A stretch of 63,704 nucleotides of DNA, counting the filler, from Lama guanicoe (lineage: Eukaryota), in the NCBI GenBank assembly GCA_013239625.1. It is 99 parts of 99 records of this genome, joined end to end, with 100 filler letters (N's around TTAATTAATTAA, not from the genome) between each part and the next. Parts side by side here need not be neighbours in the genome. Positions count along the whole stretch, not along the records: positions 36,344 to 36,825 come from PNXV01027474.1; positions 36,926 to 37,138 come from PNXV01027475.1; positions 37,239 to 38,014 come from PNXV01027476.1; positions 38,115 to 38,481 come from PNXV01027477.1; positions 38,582 to 39,146 come from PNXV01027479.1; positions 39,247 to 39,454 come from PNXV01027481.1; positions 39,555 to 39,839 come from PNXV01027482.1; positions 39,940 to 40,551 come from PNXV01027483.1; 91 more parts are not named here. The stretch is one strand, 5' to 3'. Positions 36,508 to 49,316 of the stretch are shown here, one piece after another (position 1 is the first letter of the stretch; each line of letters opens with the position of its first letter). The notes under the pieces were generated by a model that saw only the letters and a program-made list of their open reading frames with translations, was not told the origin of the DNA and searched no databases. The position numbers and the translations under genes are program-made.

Positions 36508-37417
36508 GTACTGAATTTCTTGGTTTTGAAGAAATCTTTGAACTCTGTATTTAATGCTGTAGATATGTAGGAGAAGTCTTACCATTGCTAACTGACCTTT
36601 TGGGATTTTACAGGGGAGAAATTTTCTTTAGTATTGTGGAATATGAGACTCTTGGAAATAACACAGCAATATATATATATCGCCTCATTCTATGTTGTCC
36701 TCCAGAAAGTTTATATTACTTTTACATTCTCACTTGCAGAATTATGAAATGAACATTTCTCTCAAGGCAGAAACTTAAAAAAAATTTATGCAGTTTTATT
36801 CTTGACATATGAATAGATGGAATAANNNNNNNNNNNNNNNNNNNNNNNNNNNNNNNNNNNNNNNNNNNNTTAATTAATTAANNNNNNNNNNNNNNNNNNN
36901 NNNNNNNNNNNNNNNNNNNNNNNNNGTTTGAACTTTAATGTTGGGGGGCACTAGGTGATCTCTTTGGCCCTTTTATTTAATTTTACGTAGTTTAGTATCA
37001 AAACCTTGTATCTAAATCCAAAAATGTCCATTTTATTTACCTCATTCAAAATAACTGTATAAAAATATTTATCCATTTGGGATAAGCTACTTATCTTTTT
37101 TTTTTCAACATTTTTACAATCCTTTTCCCAGTTATTCANNNNNNNNNNNNNNNNNNNNNNNNNNNNNNNNNNNNNNNNNNNNTTAATTAATTAANNNNNN
37201 NNNNNNNNNNNNNNNNNNNNNNNNNNNNNNNNNNNNNNACTCTGGAGAGGAATGGTGATAGTGGGAGAAGTCATATGTGTGTTGGGGCAAAGTACATGTG
37301 GAAAATCTGATTTCAACACAATTTTACTGTAAATCTGAGACTTCTCTTTAAAAAAAAAACCTGTTCAAAAAAGAAACAGACCCAAAACAAAAAGACCACT
37401 AGATCACAATAGTGACA

Positions 37418-37880
37418 GGTGTCTTTGTCCAGTCCAGTGGCTACAGCAAAGTACGATAGATGGGGTGGCTCTGAACAACAGCATTTACTTCTCACAGCTC
37501 TAGAGGCTATGAAGTCCAAGGTCAAGGTTCAGTGTCTGGTGAGTGCAGCTTCCTGGTTCTTAGACGGCCGTCTTCTCACCGAGTCCTCATGTGGAGCAGG
37601 GGACAAGGGAGCTCACTGAGGACTCTTCTAGAAAGGCAATAATCCCATTTATAAGACTACACCCACATGACCTAATCACCTCTCAACCATCATGTTGGTG
37701 CTTAGCATTTCTTTTTCTTTCTGTTTATTTTTTTAAATGGAGGTCCTGAGGATTGAACACAGGACCTTGTGTGAGCTAAGCAAGCATTTACCACTGAGCT
37801 GTACCCCCCTCCTTGGAGGTTAGAATGTCAATATATGAAATGGGGGCAGGAGGGACACAAACATTCAGTCTGTGGCAACA
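37418..37880 (-). mobile_element. MaLR (MLT1A-like) LTR
   Basis: CATTTACTTCTCACAGCTCTAGAGGCT...GAAGTCCAAGGTCAAGG...GGGACACAAACATTCAGTC. Confidence 0.8.
37712..37812 (-). mobile_element. tRNA-derived SINE inserted in the MaLR LTR
   Basis: Reverse complement of the 27233 SINE; degenerate 17-bp TSD TTGGTGCTTAGCATTTC / TTGGAGGTTAGAATGTC. Confidence 0.85.
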
Positions 37881-38114
37881 GGAATCCTTGGGATCCAACG
37901 AGCCTCCTCACCCTGAACCCTCTCTCTGCTCAGGGCCCTCTCTGTGGCAGAACCCCTGCTTGTCCTCTATGTGCCAAAATGAGACTCTAAACAGCTTGCC
38001 AGACATTTGGGCCTNNNNNNNNNNNNNNNNNNNNNNNNNNNNNNNNNNNNNNNNNNNNTTAATTAATTAANNNNNNNNNNNNNNNNNNNNNNNNNNNNNN
38101 NNNNNNNNNNNNNN

Positions 38115-38481
38115 AAAATATGATTGTATCAGGCTAAACAGATTTACACTGCAGAAGAAATTATCAATAAAATGAGAACTCAACCAACACAATAGGAGAA
38201 TATATTTGCAAGTGATATTTTCCAATCAAGTGTTAATATCCAAATTATATGGCAAACTAGACACAACAACAACAAAAAAGACCAAACAATCCAATTTAAA
38301 AAAGTCCATAGGAACTGAATACATATATCTGAATCAATTTTCTGTAGAAAATTTACAGTAGGATAAATGACACATGAAAATCTGTTCAGAGTTATAAATT
38401 ACTAGGAAAGTCATAAACCAAAAAAGAGACAAACCTCACACTTGTCAGAAGGCTCTCATCAAAAAGAGAAAAATAGATGTT
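38115..38481 (+). mobile_element. L1 ORF2 3' fragment
   Basis: GGAGAATATATTTGCAA...TTAATATCCAAA...CACATGAAAA. Confidence 0.8.
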
Positions 38482-38581
38482 NNNNNNNNNNNNNNNNNNN
38501 NNNNNNNNNNNNNNNNNNNNNNNNNTTAATTAATTAANNNNNNNNNNNNNNNNNNNNNNNNNNNNNNNNNNNNNNNNNNNN

Positions 38582-39146
38582 TATATTCTAAATTCTGTGC
38601 TCTGCATTCCATGTTCTAAATTCTGGATTCAATTTTCTCTAATCTATCTTCGATATTTTGTGTTCTTCATTCAATATTCTACATTCAATATTCTGCATTT
38701 CGTATTCTATATTCTATATTCATGTGTTGTACATTCTATATTCATAATTCTATATTCAGTATTCTGTATTCTATATTCTAAATTCTGTGTTCTGCATGTA
38801 ATGTTCTAAATTCTGGATTCAATTTTCTCTAATCTATCTTCGATATTTTGTGTTCTTCATTCAATATTCTACATTCAATATTCTGCATTTCGTATTCTAT
38901 ATTCTAAATTCTGTGTTCTACATTCTATATTCTAAGTTTTATGTACTGCATTCCAAATTCTAAATTATGTGTTCTCTATTCTCTATTCTATGTTCTATAT
39001 TCTTGGTTCTACGTTCTATATTCTAAATTGTATATTCAGTATTCTGTATTCTATATTCTAAATTCTGTATTCTGCATTCGATATTGTAAATTCTGAGTTC
39101 TATATACTCTATATTATATTCTATATTCTGTGATTTTCATTCTATA
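38582..39146. repeat. Heptamer-based satellite
   Basis: Duplicated block with period 190 (38621 and 38811). Confidence 0.95.
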
Positions 39147-39939
39147 NNNNNNNNNNNNNNNNNNNNNNNNNNNNNNNNNNNNNNNNNNNNTTAATTAATT
39201 AANNNNNNNNNNNNNNNNNNNNNNNNNNNNNNNNNNNNNNNNNNNNTAGTCACTGCTGAATTCTCCTGGTGACTCTGTGGGGCGTATTTAAACAGTGTGG
39301 TTGGTTTCGTGATTTGTTTTTATTTGAGGAAATTATTGAACGCTTGGGAGCAAACACCCTGAAAAGAAATGACCGCAGTCTATAGATTGTGTGTGTGTGT
39401 GTTGGGGGTGCGGGGAGGAGAGGGGCTTGGGGATTTTTTGAACAGAGGTTTTGCNNNNNNNNNNNNNNNNNNNNNNNNNNNNNNNNNNNNNNNNNNNNTT
39501 AATTAATTAANNNNNNNNNNNNNNNNNNNNNNNNNNNNNNNNNNNNNNNNNNNNGAGGTTAATTTACTAACATATGAGGAAACTATGGAATATTTTCAAA
39601 AAAAATTATAATAATTTTTCTGTTCAGCTCTCAGATTTTCACACAATCTCAACTAGGATAATCCGGAACTACTTTGCCAGAAATGTATTTCCCTGCATGT
39701 TTCCCATTTAGAGTTTAAGAAAGAGAGAGAAAAAAAGGAAAAAGTGAAATTCAGAGGGCAGACACAGCAGCATTCACTAGGCTTTGAAGCTCATTGTTTA
39801 GATGAGCCAAGAGAGAAATTCAGAGGTGCTGTCTGCTTTNNNNNNNNNNNNNNNNNNNNNNNNNNNNNNNNNNNNNNNNNNNNTTAATTAATTAANNNNN
39901 NNNNNNNNNNNNNNNNNNNNNNNNNNNNNNNNNNNNNNN

Positions 39940-40551
39940 ACACACAATTAATTTTCAGATATGAGCATGTGGAGAGACGTTCGTTCACGCAGCACAAAGG
40001 GAACCATTTGTAGAAGAAACACTTACACTGGTTTCTCAGTGTGTTTCCAAGTGTCGGTTGGAATTTCTGCACTTTTCACTGTAAAACTGTGATGGAGCTT
40101 GTACCTCCCCATGTATATGTATGTAGAGTAGTTTGAAACTGGAAAGAAACTTTGCGTTCCCTTTAAGAGAGTTGAAGGACGGTTTTCACACACAGTTATT
40201 TCTCAGAACTGAGCATGTGGAGAGACTATCGTTCATCCAGCACAAAGGAAACGTATTGCAGGAGAAACAATTTCACTGGTTTCTCAGTCGGTTTCCTAGT
40301 GCCGGTTTGATGTTCTTGCAGTGTTCAGTGTAAAACAGAGTTGGATATTGTGCCTCCCCATATATATGTATGTAGTGGAGTAGGCAACTTATAAGAAACT
40401 TTGTATTCCCTTCATGCTTGGTGAAGAAAAGCTTTCAGACGCACATATCACACTGTACTGAGCATGTGAAGAGTTGTTCGTTCATCCAGCACAAACGGAA
40501 TAGGTTCCTGGAGAAACAATTACTCTGGTTTCTCAGATGGCTTCCTAGTTG
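39940..40551 (-). repeat. ~248-bp satellite
   Basis: Reverse complement of the 22989 family (CGTTCATCCAGCACAAA). Confidence 0.93.
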
Positions 40552-40732
40552 NNNNNNNNNNNNNNNNNNNNNNNNNNNNNNNNNNNNNNNNNNNNTTAAT
40601 TAATTAANNNNNNNNNNNNNNNNNNNNNNNNNNNNNNNNNNNNNNNNNNNNGCAGGGATCCTGCCTGAACTCCAGCCTGGGACAGTGGAGGACCCACCCA
40701 AGAATCATCCTCTGAGCTCTCACCAAAGTCAC

Positions 40733-41442
40733 TGTAATAGAGAAGAAAAAATCTGACTCCATATTGGATTTGTTCATTTTCCTTTAACCTTCTGCCGTGT
40801 TTTCTAGGCTTAGTCTTGCTATCTCTGCAACATTTGTAATACAATGTTACCTTTAGCCTGAAATAAACAGGAGAGCTTTTTCTCAAAACTCTGACCTTTA
40901 AGGATAGTAACACTTTTGCACTACTATAAAGATAACAAGTTACATAATAGAAAAAGTTTGTTTTGTTGCAGGTTTTACAGAAACACCATGATCTGACCCA
41001 CGTGGACAGCTGCAAAGAATTCCAAAAACAAAGAAATCTTACACCAAGAAGTTTGCAACAACCAACCACAGGCTCTCCCCTATTTACTAGAAAAGGAGCC
41101 TGAAGTCTGACTAGGGGAAGATGGTTTTCCAAGGTATTAGTCTGCCATTATCTTCGTCTGCAGCTGTCTAGGTAGACCAGGTCATAGTGCCTCTGTAAAA
41201 CCTCTAACAAAACAAAAGTTATTTTCTATTCTGCAACTTGTTGTCTTTATATAAGTGCAAAAGTGTTATTATCCTTAAAGATCAGGGCCTTGAAAATAGG
41301 CTCTTGTATATTTCAGGCTAAAGGCAACATTGTTTTACAAAAGGTGCAGATCTAGTAAGATTAAGCCTAGAAAAGAGGGCACAGGGTTAAAGCCAAAATG
41401 ACAGATCTTCTATGGAGTCGGATTTTTTTCTTTTCTATTATA
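40733..41442. mobile_element. Two partial ERV1-type LTRs fused in inverted orientation
   Basis: 40733-41160 is colinear with the 15006 LTR; 41159-41442 is the reverse complement of its first ~280 bp (TGTAATAG ... CTATTATA). Confidence 0.88.
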
Positions 41443-41990
41443 GTATATTCTATTTTTGTTTCAAGATGATAAGAATAAAGTTTAGCCTTTTCCCATTTTA
41501 AATTGTGCAATTTTAAGNNNNNNNNNNNNNNNNNNNNNNNNNNNNNNNNNNNNNNNNNNNNTTAATTAATTAANNNNNNNNNNNNNNNNNNNNNNNNNNN
41601 NNNNNNNNNNNNNNNNNGAGTTAAGGTGCAAGTCAGTGCCGGTCACTCAGGGGAGCCAGGGAGGTCTGACCTCATTGTGATGACTATGACGTCTGAGTTC
41701 ACTTATTACTTTTTAGGTTGGAAGGCCCAAGAGGGAGAAAAATTGGAGGTTCTAGTACTTATTTTATATTTCCCATGTACCAGGTATAGTAAACAAGCCA
41801 CTTGGGACATGGCCCAGAGCAACCACGTTAATAGGCCACAAAGCAAGTCGTGCAGTCAGGCCCCTGCAGCCCCGAAACCCATGTCCTCATNNNNNNNNNN
41901 NNNNNNNNNNNNNNNNNNNNNNNNNNNNNNNNNNTTAATTAATTAANNNNNNNNNNNNNNNNNNNNNNNNNNNNNNNNNNNNNNNNNNNN

Positions 41991-42836
41991 ATATAGAATA
42001 GAAAATTAAGAAGCTAGAATTTAGAACATGGAATGCAGAGCAAATTATTTAGAATATACAGTGCAGAATACTGAATATAGTATTTAGGATATAGAATGTA
42101 GAATATAGAATGAAGAACTATGAAATTGAATATAGAATAGAGTATATAGAATCCAGAATTGAGAACATGGAATGCAAACACAGAATTTGGAATATAGAAT
42201 AGAAAATTAAGAAGCTAGAATTTAGAACATGAAATGCAGAGCAAATTATTTAGAATATACAGTGCAGAATACTGAATATAGTATTTAGGATATAGAATGT
42301 AGAATATAGAATGAAGAACTATGAAATTGAATATAGAATAGAGTATATAGAATCCAGAATTGAGAACATGGAATGCAAACACAGAATTTGGAATATAGAA
42401 TAGAAAATTAAGAAGCTAGAATTTAGAACATGAAATGCAGAGCAAATTATTTAGAATATACAGTGCAGAATACTGAATATAGTATTTAGGATATAGAATG
42501 TAGAATACTGCATAGAGAATTTAGAATATAGAATGTAGAACACAGAATATAGAATATAGAATAGAGAATAGAGAATATAGAACCCAGAATTTGGAATATG
42601 GGATGCAAAACACAGAATTTAGAATATAGAATACAGAGTACTAAAAATACAATTTAGAATATAGAATGCTGAACACAGTGTATGCGATATAGAATACGGA
42701 ATGCAGAATATAGAATGTAGAATATAGAATGAAGAACTATGAAATTGAATATAGAATAGAGTATATAGAATCCAGAATTGAGAACATGGAATGCAAACAC
42801 AGAATTTGGAATATAGAATACAGAATACAGGATATT
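41991..42836. repeat. Heptamer-based satellite with a 201-bp higher-order unit
   Basis: ATATAGAATAGAAAATTAAGAAGC at 41991, 42192 and 42393. Confidence 0.95.
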
Positions 42837-42936
42837 NNNNNNNNNNNNNNNNNNNNNNNNNNNNNNNNNNNNNNNNNNNNTTAATTAATTAANNNNNNNN
42901 NNNNNNNNNNNNNNNNNNNNNNNNNNNNNNNNNNNN

Positions 42937-43817
42937 CCAAGGTCAGGGAAGGTATTTTTCGGACTTCCCCGAACAGGGAACACCTCTGAGTGAAGAGATC
43001 TGCGCGGAGTTGTCTCTCGAGCTACCCCACGCACTGACAATGGTTCCAGAATCCTGAGCGTGGGGAGGTTCCACCAACGGTCGGTAGCGCGTTGGTTCTA
43101 ACTGAATGCCTAAGCACGTCTCCCCTGAGGCTTTTCCTAATGTCTAGTGCCAGGGAATATTAGGGGGGTTTGCAGGAAGTCCCAGGGACAGAGACTGCCT
43201 CCCCAAGTTCAGGGAAGGTATTTCTCGGACTTCCCCGAACAGGGAACACCTGTGACTGAAGAGAGCTGCGTGGAGTTGTCTCTCGAGCTCCCCCCGCACT
43301 GACAACGGTTCCGGAATCCTGAGCGTGGGGAGGTTCCACCAACGGTCGGCAGCGCGTGGGTTCTAACGGAATGCCTAAACTCGTCTCCCCTGAGGGTTTT
43401 CCTAATGTCTTTATGCCAGGGAATGCTAGGGGGTTTGCAGGAAGACACAGGGACAGAGGCGGCCTCCCCAAGGTCAGGGAAGTTATTTCTCGGACTTCCC
43501 CGAACAGGGAACACCTGTGACTGAAGAGAGCTGCGTGGAGTTGTCTCTCGAGCTCCCCCACGCACTGACAATATTTCCGGAATCCTGAGCGTGGGGAGGT
43601 TCCACCAACGGTCGGCAGCGCGTGGGTTTTTACGGAATGCCTAAGCTCATCTCCCTTGAGGGTTTTCCTAATGTCTCTTTGCTAGGGAATGCTAGGGGGG
43701 TTTGCAGGAAGTCCCAGTGATAGAGGCTGAATCCAAAAGGTCAGGAAAGTTATTTCTCGGACTTCCCTGAAGAGGGAACACCTGTGACTAAAGAGAGCTG
43801 CGTGGAGTTGTCTCTCG
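42937..43817 (-). repeat. 267-bp satellite
   Basis: About 3.3 monomers. Confidence 0.97.
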
Positions 43818-44136
43818 NNNNNNNNNNNNNNNNNNNNNNNNNNNNNNNNNNNNNNNNNNNNTTAATTAATTAANNNNNNNNNNNNNNNNNNNNNNNNNNN
43901 NNNNNNNNNNNNNNNNNGTCCCACACCAGATTGGACCCTGGTTCGAAGGCTTCACACAGTGACCAACTGGAGGGTCTTAGTCCTCAGACATCTGTTCATC
44001 TCCACTTAGTACCAAGATATCTGCTGTCACTGTTTGTGGAACCCAGACCTGGTGGCTCTCTGATGCATGCCACACTACACATGGACCTCAGGAATCTCTG
44101 TCTAATGCAAAGCTGAGCTCTAAAGTGCCTGTGATC

Positions 44137-44340
44137 TAGGTTTGCCAAGTTGAGCAAAAATAATGATAATAATAACAACAACAAAAAAAGACACTCGATT
44201 AAATTTGAATTTCAGATAAACAGCAAATCAATCTTTTAAGTATGCTCCATGCAATATTTGGAACATAATAATACAAAAAAAGATTGTCTATGTGAATTTC
44301 ATACTTAACTGGATGTCCTGTATTTTATCTGAGAATCCTA
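44137..44340. mobile_element. MER53-like palindromic hAT MITE
   Basis: TAGGTTTGCCA...TTAAATTTGAATTTCAGATAAACA...CTGGATGTCCTGTATTTTATCTG...CCTA; degenerate 8-bp TSD CTGTGATC / TTGTAATC. Confidence 0.85.
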
Positions 44341-44994
44341 TTGTAATCTCTCTGCCAATATTCCTCTATGAGATCTTGCTGCCTCCCTGAGGCATCTTCT
44401 GTAAACAGGACCTGGGTCGCTACGTCTCTGAAATTATGAACCTCTTCTAACACTAACACTAGATGAGGGGAACTTTTTTCTGGGGAATTATTGTTCTCAG
44501 TGGGATTAAACTGTTTGAAACAAAGCCAGGAACATTCTACAGATGGTTCTGCTTTCCACCTGTTATACTGGCCAAGAGGCAATGAATTAGTCTATTACTT
44601 TGAAATTGGAGGCAGCGGGCAAGGCAGGAATTAAGGTCTCAAATTGTTTATCCATACTCTCCTCACTTTTGTTCTTTCTCTCACTCTGTCCCTCTCACCC
44701 CTTTCTCTCTACTTTCTTTTTTGCAGTATCAAAAGAAAATGTTTGGAAAATGCATTTTTCTTTAGGTCAAGATATCAGGCAGTTTTTACACTATGAAAGA
44801 GATTTATAAAAATACAGTAAGATCCTATGAATCCTAGAAAGTCAAAGTACCTTAAATCACAAATACAAAGGAGAATATAAACTCACATCACACANNNNNN
44901 NNNNNNNNNNNNNNNNNNNNNNNNNNNNNNNNNNNNNNTTAATTAATTAANNNNNNNNNNNNNNNNNNNNNNNNNNNNNNNNNNNNNNNNNNNN

Positions 44995-45567
44995 GAATTT
45001 AGAATATAGAATACAGAATACTGAATATAGGTTTTAGAATATACAATGTAGAACACCGAGTATAGAATATAGAAAACGGAATACTGAATAAATAATTTAA
45101 AATATAAAATGTAGAACACAGAAATTAGAATATAGAATAGAGAATACTGAATATATAATTTATAACATAGAATGCAGAACACAGAATTTAAATATAGAAT
45201 TCAGAATACTGAATATTGAATTATGGATATAGCATGAAGAACACAGAATATAATATAAAGAATAGAGAATATAGAAACAAGAAATTAGAACATGGAAGTA
45301 GACACAGAATTTAGAATATAGAATAGAGAAGACTGAATATAGTTTTTAGAATATAGAATGTAGAACACAGAATATAGAATATAGAATACGGAAACAAAAT
45401 ATCGTATGTAGAAAATAGAATGAATAATACAATGTATAGAATATAGAGTAGAGAATATAGAACATAGAATTTAGAACATGGAATGCAGAACTCAGAATTA
45501 AGAATACAGAATACAGACTACTGAATATAGAATTTAAAATATAGAATGTAAACACAGAATATAGAAT
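44995..45567. repeat. Heptamer-based satellite
   Basis: Tandem GAATATA variants. Confidence 0.95.
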
Positions 45568-45983
45568 NNNNNNNNNNNNNNNNNNNNNNNNNNNNNNNNN
45601 NNNNNNNNNNNTTAATTAATTAANNNNNNNNNNNNNNNNNNNNNNNNNNNNNNNNNNNNNNNNNNNNTGGAAGGACAGAATCAGTTTCGGAGCAAAAATT
45701 AAAATGCATTTATACCTTCAACCCTCCCACTCTTTTGTACACTGTCCTCATGTAATCTGCCAGGTGGCCCCCTGAAGAAGGCCCTTTGCCCGGAACTCGT
45801 GCTCATTTTCAGAGCTAGGCTAAGAGGGTGGTTTGTCCCCAGAGCCTGAGAGGGGCTATGTGTGAAATCTTCTCTGCTGAGACNNNNNNNNNNNNNNNNN
45901 NNNNNNNNNNNNNNNNNNNNNNNNNNNTTAATTAATTAANNNNNNNNNNNNNNNNNNNNNNNNNNNNNNNNNNNNNNNNNNNN

Positions 45984-46402
45984 CTGAGGGTAGGGTAGTT
46001 CCTCCAACTGACATCTGCGTCTTTATTTTAATAGAATCCCTTTGTTTGTCTTACCTGATGGTTTGCCTAGGCAAGTGTGTGGTTGAAAGTGGGATTTGGG
46101 ATCTAAAACTAAGTATTAGCGTGTGCCTCTCCATGGGTAGTGGAGATGTTTAAACTACAACCCACAACTTGGGAATTACTGTGACCCCTGAAAAATGCGT
46201 GTGCTATGTTTCCCCACGTCCAGCACACACAGGAAGAAGTGTTCTGGGGTTCTGAGTGTGGGGAGGTTCCTCCAACAGACAGCAGCACCTGGCATTTAGT
46301 AGAATCCCGAAGCTTGACTTCCCTAAGTGTTTTCCTAGGCCTAGCACTAAGCAATAGTGCGGGATGGGCTCTAAAGCCAAGTATTAGCGAGTGCATCTCT
46401 GT
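45984..46402 (-). repeat. Highly diverged relative of the 267-bp satellite
   Basis: CTGAG...GTTCCTCCAAC at 45984 and 46252 (period 268); scattered family motifs. Confidence 0.8.
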
Positions 46403-46502
46403 NNNNNNNNNNNNNNNNNNNNNNNNNNNNNNNNNNNNNNNNNNNNTTAATTAATTAANNNNNNNNNNNNNNNNNNNNNNNNNNNNNNNNNNNNNNNNNN
46501 NN

Positions 46503-47376
46503 TGACAATGGTTCCGGAATCCTCAGCGTGGGAGTTTCTGCCAACTGTCGGGAGCGCGTGGGTTCTAACGGAATGCCAAAGCTCGACTCCCCTGGGATTT
46601 TTCCTAATATCTCTGTGCCAGGGAAAGCTAGGGGGGTTTGCACGACATCCCAGAGACAGAGGCTGCCTCCCCAAGGTCAGGGAAGGTATTTCTCAGAAAT
46701 CCCCCTAACAGGGAACACCTGTGACTGAAGAGAGCTGCGTGGAGTTGTCTCTCGAGCTCCCCACGCACTGACAATGGTTCCGGAATCCTCAGCGTGGGAG
46801 TTTCTGCCAACTGTCGGGAGCGCGTGGGTTCTAACGGAATGCCTAAGCTCGTCTCCCATGGGTATTTTCCTAATGTCTCTGTGCCAGGAAATGCTAGGGG
46901 ACTTTGCAGGCAATACCAGTGAAAGAGGCTGCCTCCCCAAGCTCAGGGAAGCTATTTCTCAGACTTCCCCATTGAGGGAACACCTGTGACTGAAGAGAGC
47001 TGCGTGGAGTTGTCTCTAGAACTCCCCCACGCACTGAAATTGGTTCTGGAATCCTGAGCGTGGGGAGTTTCCACCAATCGTCGGCACCGCGTGGGTTCTA
47101 AAGGAATGCTTAAGCTCGTCTCCCCTGGGTTTTTTCCTAATGTCTCTGTGCCAGGAAATGCTAGGGGACTTTGCAGGCAATACCAGTGAAAGAGGCTGCC
47201 TCCCCAAGCTCAGGGAAGCTATTTCTCAGACTTCCCCATTGAGGGAACACCTGTGACTGAAGAGAGCTGCGTGAAGTTGTCTCTAGAAATCCCCCACGCA
47301 CTGAAATTGGTTCTGGAATCCTGAGCGTGGGGAGTTTCCACCAATCGTCGGCACCGCGTGGGTTCTAAAGGAATGC
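46503..47376 (-). repeat. 267-bp satellite
   Basis: About 3.3 monomers with variant switching. Confidence 0.97.
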
Positions 47377-48089
47377 NNNNNNNNNNNNNNNNNNNNNNNN
47401 NNNNNNNNNNNNNNNNNNNNTTAATTAATTAANNNNNNNNNNNNNNNNNNNNNNNNNNNNNNNNNNNNNNNNNNNNTAAATGTTTTAAGTGTGTCAATTT
47501 TACCCTTCCAACATACATGTGAAATACTTTATACTATTAATTTTAAGGGAAAACATGACCTTGAATGTTTTTGAAACTGTTCTACAAAATTTGTACTTTA
47601 GGAAGTATTATGACCAAAAAAATAAGATTAAAATGTTTGCAACTTCCAAGACTTATGAAGGAAGGTTTAGAGCAACTCTAAATGTAGAAACAAACATATT
47701 TCTTCCCTTGAAAAGGGTAGAAAGTATTTTACTTAATTGGTAGGGTAGAAACACATACCTTTCATTTTGAAAACGGAGGACAAATGTTTTACTTAATTTG
47801 TTGGAGCACGATAGTGTGGATGTGTGGATCTGCTCAGGTTCTTGTTTATCATTTCACTTCTACCTCATTGAGGCACAATTACCAGGATTAGAGGCTATAG
47901 TAAGCTTGCTGAAGATGATAGGTATTTAGTTATTGCTTTAGGGCACGCAGATGGACTCCCCAGAGCCCTGAAACACTGAGCCTCATTCTNNNNNNNNNNN
48001 NNNNNNNNNNNNNNNNNNNNNNNNNNNNNNNNNTTAATTAATTAANNNNNNNNNNNNNNNNNNNNNNNNNNNNNNNNNNNNNNNNNNNN

Positions 48090-48450
48090 CTAAAAATAGA
48101 CTTACCATGTGATCCAGCAATCCTACTCCTGGGCATACACCTGGAGAAAAATACAATTCAAAAAGACACGTGCACCCCAGTGTTCACAGCAGCACTATTT
48201 ACAACAGCCAAGACATGGAAACAACCTAAATGCCCATCGACAGATGACTGGATAAAGAAGAAGCGGTATGTTTATACAATGGAATACTATTCAGCCATAA
48301 AAAAGAAAAATAATGTCATTTGCAGCAACATGGATGGACCTAAAGATTGTCATTCTAAGGGAATTAAGCCAGAAAGAGAAAGAAAAATGCCATATGATAT
48401 CACTCATATCTGGAATCTAAAAGAAATAAACACAAATGAACTACTTATTA
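48090..48450 (+). mobile_element. L1 ORF2 C-terminus and 3' UTR
   Basis: FTAALFTTAKTWKQPKCPSTDDWIKK...YTMEYYSAIKK is the L1 ORF2 C-terminal domain. Confidence 0.95.
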
Positions 48451-48656
48451 TTTGTAACTTAGATGACTGATTGAATATGTGTAAGCACACGTGCTTGTCC
48501 TTTATGATTGGATTACCACATTCTGTTGATTCTTATTTTGTGGCTGGCTTTATTCCTTAGATAACTATGTTAAGTTTAAAAAGCTAAACCTCTAATCTGT
48601 TCTTAGAAACAATGAACAGTACGTATACGTAAATTTTAAAAAATTACAGTACTGAA

Positions 48657-48980
48657 GTTGGGGGACGCGGTGGTGGCGGCAGTGGCAGCGCTGACAATGA
48701 GTTTTCTTGGAGGCTTTTTTGGTCCCATTTGTGAGATCGATGTTGTCCTTATTGATGGGGAAACCAGGAAAATGGCGGAAGTGAAAACTGAAGATGGCAA
48801 AGTAGAAAAACGCTATCTTTTCTATGGTGGAGAATCTGTTTCAGGAAAGGTAAACCTAGCCTTTAAGCAACCTGGAAAGAGCCTAGAGCACCAAGGAATT
48901 AGAATTGAATTTGTAGGTCAAACTGAACTTGTCAATGACAAGAGTAATACTCACGAGTTCGTAAACCTAGTGAAAGAACT
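48657..48980 (+). pseudogene. VPS26A: Processed (retro)copy of retromer subunit VPS26A, 5' part
   Basis: ATG at 48697: MSFLGGFFGPICEIDVVLIDGETRKMAEVKTEDGKVEKRYLFYGGESVSGKVNLAFKQPGKSLEHQGIRIEFVGQTELVNDKSNTHEFVNLVKE; no introns, short GC-rich 5' UTR abutting AT-rich DNA. Confidence 0.93.
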
Positions 48981-49080
48981 NNNNNNNNNNNNNNNNNNNN
49001 NNNNNNNNNNNNNNNNNNNNNNNNTTAATTAATTAANNNNNNNNNNNNNNNNNNNNNNNNNNNNNNNNNNNNNNNNNNNN

Positions 49081-49316
49081 GAACACTGAATTTAGAATAT
49101 AGAATACATAATACTGAATATAGAATTTAAAACATAGAAAGAACAACACAGAATTCAGACTATGGAATACAGAATACTGAATATAGAATTTGAATATAGA
49201 TTGTATAACACAGAATATAAAATATAGAACTCTGAATTCAGTATATTTAATGTAGAATATTGAATGCATACCACAAAATTTAGAATATAGAATAGAGAAT
49301 ATAGAAGCCAGAATTT
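49081..49316. repeat. Heptamer-based satellite
   Basis: Tandem GAATATA variants. Confidence 0.93.

Noticed and set aside
48090..48980. L1-VPS26A chimeric retrotranscript
   Set aside because: About 200 bp of unrelated AT-rich DNA separates them and the retrocopy has its own target-site-like motif; independent insertions are simpler.
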